Virus record (IMG/VR): IMGVR_UViG_3300021255_001778
Location: 19,776-83,775 of that record
Reading direction: 5' to 3' (one strand)
DNA length: 64,000 nt
Source: a virus
Taxonomy: Duplodnaviria; Caudoviricetes
In this document: positions 51,529 to 59,275 of the stretch, in pieces
How the letters are laid out: every line of letters begins with the position of its first letter
Position numbering within the stretch: position 1 is the first letter of the stretch
The notes under the pieces: generated by a model
What the model was told of the DNA's origin: nothing
Seen by the model: only the letters and a program-made list of their open reading frames with translations
Database searches by the model: none
Position numbers and translations under genes: made by a program

Positions 51529-51828
51529 GATAACCAAACCAATTGTGTGTTCGGATCCTAACTTGCAGCCGATTCCAGGTGAAGGCGAATTTTAAGTGAG
51601 AAAGATCAGTCTTCGTGAGTTTCTTTGAAGCTCGGGAAGTGGCGATAAATATACATTTCCGGCTCCACCGGGAGAAGTTAGGTTGTTGATGATCAATCGA
51701 GGCGGAAACCATCTCGTTCTCCGGATCGTGCCTCCTCCAGCTGCAGGCCTCCTCTTCTTGATCAAAGCGTTACTCCAGCGATCCGCGTAGAGTCTGTAAC
51801 ATAGTTACAAGATTTTCGTGTGGTTATC
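51529..51828 (-). ncRNA. Retron-like msr-msd cassette 1 (canonical position upstream of the RT)
   Basis: 11-bp flanking inverted repeat with one mismatch (51818-51828 / 51529-51539), G51817-AAAAT, hairpin, 44-bp block (51750-51793) identical to cassette 2. Confidence 0.82.
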
Positions 51829-51840
51829 TAGGGTTCTGGA

Positions 51841-52515
51841 TTAGCCGAAGCAATCCAGAATCCCTGTAAATCCATCAATCTGGACGAACTTCCAAAGTCC
51901 TTCGCCCTTCATGAACTTAATATAGTTATTCACGCCCAGCGCAGAAATCAACCGCACTGTAGTTGCAACTCCAAGTGTAATTCCGCAAGCGGAAACAGGA
52001 GTTTCCTCGGCAGCTTCTTCATGTGTGAAGTCCATCGTGCTCCACAGCCGTTCTTTCTGGCTGTAATCTGACCAATCGGCCGCATAATGCTGAGCGCCAG
52101 TCAGTTCAGTTCTGAAGTCAAATACTGCTTTCACATATGGATTATCCATGTGCTGCTTTACGATTTTCTTTCTGATTTCAATGCTGTCAACAGCAAGCAT
52201 GATAATTCCCGAGAGCATTTTCCCCTGCCAACCCTTCGGCTCGAGCTTAATACACTCTTTAACTTCCGGATTAATGTCGAACAGAATGTCGAGCAGAGCT
52301 TCGACTTTCGGTTTCCCGACATGTTTCTCTGTAAACATCTGGTTAGCAATGTTGTGCGGTTCAACATCGTCGAAATCCCATAACGTCAGGTTTTTCACGC
52401 CGCATCTCACAAGATTCTCTGCCACTGTCGATCCTACAGAGCCACATCCGATGATGTGAATTCTTGTGTCATCTTTGTCAGGATTGAAAAATTCATACGA
52501 CTTACTCAGATTCAT
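51841..52515 (-). CDS. ThiF/E1-like ubiquitin-activating enzyme
   Basis: IIGCGSVGS, DFDDVEPHNIANQ, KVEAL, LAVDS, D.R, candidate catalytic Cys in PVSACG. Confidence 0.9.
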   Translation of the reverse strand: MNLSKSYEFFNPDKDDTRIHIIGCGSVGSTVAENLVRCGVKNLTLWDFDDVEPHNIANQMFTEKHVGKPKVEALLDILFDINPEVKECIKLEPKGWQGKMLSGIIMLAVDSIEIRKKIVKQHMDNPYVKAVFDFRTELTGAQHYAADWSDYSQKERLWSTMDFTHEEAAEETPVSACGITLGVATTVRLISALGVNNYIKFMKGEGLWKFVQIDGFTGILDCFG

Positions 52516-52532
52516 GCTGCTCTCCTTTCTGA

Positions 52533-53030
52533 TTAAAACAACATTGATATGTCTTCCTGCGGAATGAAAATCGATTCCTCTTTTGGCTTTTCACTGACGA
52601 CTCCCCATCTTACCTGAGTGTGACCGTACTGGTACTGCAGCTCATGTACTATTTCCTCCCTGTCGGGTTCAATCTCTTCGTTATTCTCGTCGTCATCAAA
52701 AATTCCTCTATCACAAGCCCAGTCATAGGCTTCTACCTTCATTTCTTCGAATTCTCGTCCTCTCTGATATACACCGTATGGAGTTCCTTCTGTGCTAAAC
52801 CAGCTGTAATCATCGATCATATCTCGAATATCATTAAGCTGGCACCGAACAGTTTCCCAGTCATAATTGCTTGCCAAATCATCCAGATAGTATTCGGCAA
52901 TCCAATCATTAAATGAGTCATACGACTGTATGTATCTATCATCGAAAATCTCATACATGTCGTTGTCGGCACAAAAATCATAAAGCTCATCGAGATTCGA
53001 AATATCATCCATAAATTCTTCTCTTGTCAT
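52533..53030 (-). CDS. Acidic hypothetical protein ending EDISMLF
   Basis: 165 aa, very acidic; between JAB and E1 genes. Confidence 0.7.
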   Translation of the reverse strand: MTREEFMDDISNLDELYDFCADNDMYEIFDDRYIQSYDSFNDWIAEYYLDDLASNYDWETVRCQLNDIRDMIDDYSWFSTEGTPYGVYQRGREFEEMKVEAYDWACDRGIFDDDENNEEIEPDREEIVHELQYQYGHTQVRWGVVSEKPKEESIFIPQEDISMLF

Positions 53031-53045
53031 AAGGCGCCCCTTTCC

Positions 53046-53891
53046 TCACTTCCAACGGTTGTAATAGTAATCATCGTCGTCCCATCTGTCCGCCCAATTG
53101 TCGTAGTAAGTTTTCTTCTTTTTCCCTTTCTTCAAATTGTCTTCTGACGGTGCTGCAGACACTGGCACCTGAGCAGGTTTCTGTGTTTGCGTTGTCGGCG
53201 TCTGAGTTGCCGGTGTACTTGGTTTGTTATATGTCGGCTGTGTGTAGTTGTATGTCTTTACCTGCACCATTTCCTTCGCAGCATCAATGAATTCCCCAAA
53301 ACCAAGCCCTTCATCAACGACCTCGATATCTACATCGGCTGTTTCGAAATATATGTTTTCCAGCATGTCATATATCTTAACCATTTTTTCGCCTCTCTTG
53401 TTGAGAATCAGGAAGATATAAAACATCGTGTCATCGAGCTGCGATAACCAGCCCTCATACAACGTCGTATCCACACTTGACGGTGTTACCGACATATTCA
53501 CATGTGAATGACCCTGCATCCGTATGTTATTGAAAACATCGTCTGGATGTTGATACAACCATTCGTTGTATCTCTGCTGATCCGTATTTACAGTTGATCC
53601 TGTAACTTCCTGTGGATACACAATGATGTCATCAACGACATATTCAAATTTGTTTTCCCCACGCTTTGCAATTCCGTGCCAAGCCACTTCCTTATCGAAC
53701 TCGTTGACCAACATACACTGTTTGAGCCAAGCTATTTCCGTGAAGATAACCTTCGCTTTCTGCTCAATCTTTCCGAAGTCTTTACTGAATGTAAATTTTC
53801 CGTCTGAGAGTTTCAGTTTGCGAAGAGCTTCCGCAAACTCCTGAGCGAGTGTCTGAATCCTCTGCTCATCCATCTTAATTATCTTCGCCAT
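53046..53891 (-). CDS. JAB/MPN+ metallopeptidase (deubiquitinase-like)
   Basis: EVAWHG, QGHSHVNMSVTPSSVD matches HxH...S..D. Confidence 0.88.
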   Translation of the reverse strand: MAKIIKMDEQRIQTLAQEFAEALRKLKLSDGKFTFSKDFGKIEQKAKVIFTEIAWLKQCMLVNEFDKEVAWHGIAKRGENKFEYVVDDIIVYPQEVTGSTVNTDQQRYNEWLYQHPDDVFNNIRMQGHSHVNMSVTPSSVDTTLYEGWLSQLDDTMFYIFLILNKRGEKMVKIYDMLENIYFETADVDIEVVDEGLGFGEFIDAAKEMVQVKTYNYTQPTYNKPSTPATQTPTTQTQKPAQVPVSAAPSEDNLKKGKKKKTYYDNWADRWDDDDYYYNRWK

Positions 53892-55368
53892 CTGCTACCT
53901 CACTTTCCTGACCGGATTCATCCTGTTTCCTCATGTACTCAATCGCTTCTTCCGGAGTTGCTACCTCTCCGTTTGGCAATTCGATGCATCTCATGTTTAC
54001 TTCTGGATAATCAGAAATTCCGTACCATCTCTGGAAGAATTCCTTCATAACAGCTCCGTCACCGAAGTTCAAAGACCTGCAGGACGCTACGCACTGCTCG
54101 ATTGCTCCGATATAATCGCAGTTCTGAAGGAACTTGTTTATAGAACCCTCATAGCTGCCAAGACAACTGTATCTGTCGATGTGCGGATTCGGTGTGCAAT
54201 CATTGAATTCAAATCCGTATGTCGGATGGCTTACTGCTCTGACATACATTCCAGCAAGATTGAAATCATATGTCGCACAGATTCTGATTTTGAAGTTGTT
54301 CTCGACGAAAATTTCCTCGAGCAATCGCTTCAGCTCATCGTGTGTATACGGTACACAAACCTCTCTTCCTGGGTTGTAAGCATACGACCGATCGTTATCA
54401 ATCATTTTCCTTGCCATATCTTCGTCCCAGAACATGAGATAATCTTTTACGTCAAACATGAACTGACCAACACCGGCGCTTCTCAGAAACAGACGATTAT
54501 TACTGAGGAAATACCTCATAATTTCTGATTCTCTTCCATCTTCCTCGTCGGATCTTATCTTATATTCCAGACCCATCATTCTGATGTTCGCGTCTTTGAG
54601 CCTCTTCATCAGGTTAGAAATTTCAGCGGAATATTCCCGAATATTTCTTTCCCAGTCTTCGATGTTGACCTGTATTCTTGCTAATTCATTCTTCTCAATC
54701 TGAGTTTCCAGACCGATCAGCGCCTTCCTCGTATATCTTTCTCTGAAGTCATAGTTCTTAACCATTTCAGCAAGGCATTCATTGTACTGATCCGGCGTAT
54801 TCAACCTGAGAGACTCGATTAATTTCCGTTCTTCCTGCGTAATCCCTTCTTCTTTGTTGAAGAACCACGGAAGATAAATCAGGATTCCGCACTGAAGATA
54901 ATGGAAAAGACGCATGTTTAATCTGTCTGTATACAGATATGTCTGTCTGTGTTCCTCGTCTACAAAGCAAACGCACTTGAATGTCTTCGCGTAAAACTGA
55001 CTGACCTTTTCAATCTGTTTTACATTCCTGAATTCCTTGATATGCTCTGTGATGTAATCGATGATGTACGAATTGTTTTCCGTATCTCTCGTTAACTCAA
55101 CAATTGAAAGTGTGTTGGGGCTAAGCGACGGAAGCATTGCGTTCATTGCTGTATCAATTGCAGCATCCTCTATCGATGATTTAGCCCAGTGATCTTGATT
55201 AATCGTGATTTGAAGAATATCTCCATCAGACATTCTCGGAAGGAGCAATGCCCTTGCCGTTGCGAGAAACGATTTGTCTCGCAGATATTCCCCGCCGTAG
55301 ATGTTATCGCAAACCGTTTCTGCGATTTCATCAGTGAACGGTGTACTTCGTATAACCTCAGTAAACAT
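53875..55368 (-). CDS. Multidomain protein with probable prokaryotic E2-like C-terminal domain
   Basis: Central coiled coil; PNPHIDRYSCLG (H...C) near the C-terminus; between Ubl and JAB genes. Confidence 0.55.
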   Translation of the reverse strand: MFTEVIRSTPFTDEIAETVCDNIYGGEYLRDKSFLATARALLLPRMSDGDILQITINQDHWAKSSIEDAAIDTAMNAMLPSLSPNTLSIVELTRDTENNSYIIDYITEHIKEFRNVKQIEKVSQFYAKTFKCVCFVDEEHRQTYLYTDRLNMRLFHYLQCGILIYLPWFFNKEEGITQEERKLIESLRLNTPDQYNECLAEMVKNYDFRERYTRKALIGLETQIEKNELARIQVNIEDWERNIREYSAEISNLMKRLKDANIRMMGLEYKIRSDEEDGRESEIMRYFLSNNRLFLRSAGVGQFMFDVKDYLMFWDEDMARKMIDNDRSYAYNPGREVCVPYTHDELKRLLEEIFVENNFKIRICATYDFNLAGMYVRAVSHPTYGFEFNDCTPNPHIDRYSCLGSYEGSINKFLQNCDYIGAIEQCVASCRSLNFGDGAVMKEFFQRWYGISDYPEVNMRCIELPNGEVATPEEAIEYMRKQDESGQESEVADGEDN

Positions 55369-55398
55369 TCCCTTCTCCTTTCGTGCTTGTTATAAGGA

Positions 55399-55524
55399 TT
55401 GCGAGTGGCCGGAGTCGAACCGGCCTATTTAGATTTCATACAGCTATTAAGCCCTGTGGGTAGAAAGAAGACATTTGACAGAGGAGAATGCTGTTTCATA
55501 AAACCTATATCCTACATACTCGCA
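55399..55524 (-). ncRNA. tRNA-like RNA with long insert, inside the ubiquitin-like cluster
   Basis: Acceptor TGCGAGT/ACTCGCA, T arm GCCGG-TTCGACT-CCGGC, insert enclosed by CAGC/GCTG. Confidence 0.6.
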
Positions 55525-55598
55525 TGTTCCCGAGTTTAAAAACCCGGGTGTGATGGCGAGGCATTTCTGCCCCGCCATATTAATATGATGCTTTCTAT

Positions 55599-55829
55599 TC
55601 AAGCCGCATTGTCCGCTTTCTGGACCGAAATAACATAACAAGATTCTGTAATCCCAAAAGCCGCGAACGTCTTATCGAGATCACCCGGCTGAAGCGGAGC
55701 GCCATCCAAAGTTGTCATTCCTCTGGCATAATCAATACCAGCATCAGTAAGAACCTGGCGTACTGTAGCCTCAGAATCAACAGCAACCGTCTGACGTTTC
55801 ATGTTATTTCCAACTGTCACATTAATCAT
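55599..55829 (-). CDS. Ubiquitin-like (beta-grasp) protein
   Basis: 76 aa; MINVTV...T.AV....TVRQVL...LDG..L...DLDKTFA.FGI pattern; clustered with E1, E2 and JAB genes. Confidence 0.75.
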   Translation of the reverse strand: MINVTVGNNMKRQTVAVDSEATVRQVLTDAGIDYARGMTTLDGAPLQPGDLDKTFAAFGITESCYVISVQKADNAA

Positions 55830-55919
55830 ATTATTTTCTCCTTTTACTCATTCATGACTCAGTATGTACTTGAAAATCTCGTGGCGGCTTTTACACCGCC
55901 ACAACCCGACGAGTTACTC

Positions 55920-56306
55920 TCAGCCAGCGACTTCGATATTCTCGAGAATCGCAGCCTTCTCGGCAGCAATCTCATCGACGACTGCCGCAAGAGATTCCTC
56001 AAGCTTATTCAGCTTCAGGATCGGACGACCGATTGCATCGGCGACCTCTTCCTTGTCAGCCTTCGTGATCATCAGCGTGATCTGTGCGTATCCTTCCTCA
56101 TTTGCATGAGAGAATTCAGCACCAACATTGTTGATGCAATTTCCCGCACCTGTCACACCAATGCTGAACACCGGAATCCTTTCGTTGCCCTCCCCTTCAT
56201 ACAAGGAAAGAGCCTCCGGACGGTACTTCTTGATGAGCTTAATGTCATCAAGCTTTACAGCCGACGTAATCACACATGCCTGCCCTACGATTGTTACTTT
56301 TGCCAT
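55920..56306 (-). CDS. Hypothetical protein upstream of Ubl
   Basis: 128 aa, GGAGG SD; 18-bp motif variant upstream at 56344. Confidence 0.65.
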   Translation of the reverse strand: MAKVTIVGQACVITSAVKLDDIKLIKKYRPEALSLYEGEGNERIPVFSIGVTGAGNCINNVGAEFSHANEEGYAQITLMITKADKEEVADAIGRPILKLNKLEESLAAVVDEIAAEKAAILENIEVAG

Positions 56307-58891
56307 TCCTTTGGCCTCCTTTGATAATAGTGTTGTAAATTGTTGCCATGTAACTGTATTGACAATCGATCATTTATAGATCGGATTATCCGGATCATCG
56401 AAGATCATGTCTTCGTATGGAAATTCCGTGAAGAATTCCGTGCCATCTTGCCTCTCGAGATACATCGGCCGATACACATCTTTCTTATATTTCCTCGCGA
56501 TATATTCACAAAAGTGATCTTTTATTTCCTCAAATTCGTTCGGAGTGAACAATTTATGAAGAAATCCGTCGCATATCGTCTCGAGAAACAATTCAACAGC
56601 CTCATCAATCTGGCTTTCCTGACACGATATAGCGTCCTTGTTTATCATCGTGTCATAATCATCTTCCACTGGTGCATCTTCGACCTCATCATCCTCTAAA
56701 AGCATCTTTTTGAGTGTATGCTCAATGTCGTCGAGATATTTGTCGTACAGTTCGGTTACGATTTCCTCACACTCAACTTCCGCCTGTTCCTCAAACGAAA
56801 CATAATCAGTATGTATTACCGTATCGTCGAGATATACAGTGAACAACGGCATTTCTAACTGCATTCCCATGCAGATTTCAATTCCGTATTCTTCCTTGTT
56901 TTCCGCTATGATATGTTCCTCGTTAATCAGCTCTTTTTTATGTTCGAGGAAATATTCCCAGCAGTCACAAGGATCTACTATGATATTTTTCATCCGCGTT
57001 CCTGTCCTTTCTCTTCGTTCCGTACGAAGTTGCTAACCCAAGAGTTGCGTACTTTGACGGTGAAAACCACCGTGCTTTCATATCACTAAACTGTGTAAAC
57101 CGTTTGATGTTTGTCAGTTTTTCATTCAATTCCTGATCAAATACCTTCGCAACCGTCATAACCTCACCTCAGATGCCATGTAAATGTATTGCTTGTATCT
57201 AAAATAACACGGCGTTCCCGCCGTGTCAATACTTTTTTATGGCATTTTTGAAAATTTCTACGGATACAATAGCAAATTCAAATACCCTTCCTGAGAATTC
57301 ATTTCAAGCGCGACTTCCTCACACATATCAACAAGTTCGATCAGATCCAATTTATTCTTATCTGTAAAAACAAGCGGCCTCGTTAAATCCTCTGGAACCT
57401 GAATGTTAATACTTCCGTCGCTTATATCGTCCGGTTCTATAATTTCGGTCTGACATCCATTTGAATTAGCAAAACGTAAAGCCTTCGATTTAATTTCCGG
57501 CCAAGCCCTGAGCTTATCAACGCTCCTAACCTTCCGCTTAAACCTGTCGCTGACATTTTCTGTCCACTCGCCTATCTTTTCCAGAACCTCGTCTCCGTCA
57601 TGCAAATCGACGCCGTTGAAAAATTCCATAAATTCCTCAGATGGATTCATATTCTTTAACAGTTCGTCGATTTCCTCTTTTGTCATTTCCTTCTCAAGAG
57701 GACTGTAATACATTGCTACCTGACCGTTTTCACCAGATATAAAACCGAATCTGATTGAATTTCCTTTCTTTATTCTTATGGAAAATTTTTCACTTGACTC
57801 AAGAAGACCAGAAAACACGCTCTTGTGTTCCCCGTCCATCGACTGAGTGATCCAGTCTTGGTCCGAATATATTACTGATATATTTCCGTCGCTTAAAACG
57901 ATATTTCCTTTGGAAAATGTATTTCGAATTTCATCAATTCCTGTCATTCATAGCTACCGCCTGTCATTTATTTCCCTGATTATACCAGATTTTCTTCTTA
58001 TTTTATAGTTGCGTTTACTGCAAACTTAATTCCCTTCAAGATCCATGCTGGACCGTAGAAGATGTTTGCGCAAATTTTCCCGACCATACACTGCCCGTGA
58101 ATAAAATGCCTGTGCATTTCCTGAGCACTCATCATTCTCGATGTTGCTGCATTTACAAATATGTATACTATCACCGCAACAACAACGAGTGTTTTAATTA
58201 CCATCTCCCCTCACCCCTTACCTGAAAATCGGATAAGAAACCAGTGTGCATTTCTTACTCCGACGAACTTTCTCAACAAATTTCCTCGCCAGATACGGCG
58301 ATTCAAAACTCTTTACTAATTTCCTGCCGGAGTCTCTCGCAATGAAAACTACATCAAAACACCCCAAGGCTCCTGCGTCCTCAAAATACTTCGTGTCTCG
58401 TTCCATCTCGATTACCCCTCGTCTTCGTACAATGTAACAGCAACAACATCAGTTACATCGTCATCGACTAAGCATCGACATAAGGCAAACTTCTTTACGT
58501 ATTCCTGAATTACCGGATCCTTCGGAGAACCTTTCAGAACTCCGTTGATTACAATCTTTTTTCCACTTCCCATAGCCAACGCATGAGCTGCACTTAAGAA
58601 CATTTTCCCCACTCCTTTCACAATTCACTTAAAACTTCCGCAGCTGCTTGCGCTTCATCGTCGTCCATCAAACAAGAGAAATGGACAAGATTATACGCAC
58701 CGCAAGACTCGTACACAATGTTTTCCTTCACCAGAAATTCCCGGAATACTTTTTCTTCAGTTCCTCTGTTCAGTTCGACGCTTCGCCAAATCTTGCCCAT
58801 ATCTCTCTCCTTTCGTTTTAATTTTCCGAGGCCGTTCCCGAGTTGGGTCTCGTTCGGGTGCGAGATGTATGTATAACGGCCTCAATATTCA

Positions 58892-59275
58892 TTACTTCGC
58901 TTTCCGTGCCCGTGTTGTCTTTGCTTTTCCGGCAGCTTTCGTTGCTTTCGGAGCCGCCTTCTTCGTGGCAGCTGCCTTAGCCGGAGCAGCTTTCTTTGCA
59001 GCCGGAGCTTTCTTCTTTGCCTGCCGTTCCTTATATGCCGCCGTCTTAGCTGCATACTTCTCAGCTGCTGTTGTCGTTCCCTCGGCTGTGTTGTCATCGA
59101 CAACATTGATTGTGAGTTCGATTAGTTTTCCCTCGACCCAGTCTGCTGTCTTGAGTGCTTCCTTCTGGAAGTACACATTCCCGATCACCGGATTGGTCAT
59201 GTTACCCTCGAGGATCTCCGTGAACATGATCGTGTTCTTTGTTTCCCGCTCAGCTTTGAATTTGATTTTGCACAT
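58892..59275 (-). CDS. Protein with histone-H1-like Lys/Ala/Pro-rich tail
   Basis: C-terminal AKKKAPAAKKAAPAKAAATKKAAPKATKAAGKAK; small globular N-terminus; AAAGGAGA SD. Confidence 0.75.
   Translation of the reverse strand: MCKIKFKAERETKNTIMFTEILEGNMTNPVIGNVYFQKEALKTADWVEGKLIELTINVVDDNTAEGTTTAAEKYAAKTAAYKERQAKKKAPAAKKAAPAKAAATKKAAPKATKAAGKAKTTRARKAK

Larger units (their letters stand above)
2934..57244. repeat. Dispersed 18-bp motif TGCCAT(A/G)(T/A)AA(A/N)(T/N)GTATTG, 11 copies
   Basis: Identical TGCCATATAAATGTATTG at 2934, 13831, 19581, 26361, 37481; variants at 48713, 56344, 57174; reverse-oriented variants at 19655, 39052, 57227. Confidence 0.9.

Noticed and set aside
51515-51712. 66-aa N-terminal extension of the RT in the ORF track
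   Set aside because: It overlaps cassette 1 and has no SD, whereas ATG 51514 has AAAGGAGA at normal spacing.
49735-51793. RT plus repeats as a diversity-generating retroelement
   Set aside because: The repeats are non-coding and 44 bp identical, with no adenine-specific mismatches and no copy at a target gene's 3' end. No Avd-like gene is seen, and the RT motifs are retron-like.
49735-51793. Repeats as a CRISPR array
   Set aside because: Only three copies, 344 bp and about 1.7 kb apart, with no cas1/cas2. The Cas4-like nuclease at 26.4 kb sits in the SSB/ERF recombination module.
50306-51840. Group II intron
   Set aside because: No maturase X or endonuclease domain after the RT core, no recognisable domain V hairpin, and no interrupted host gene.
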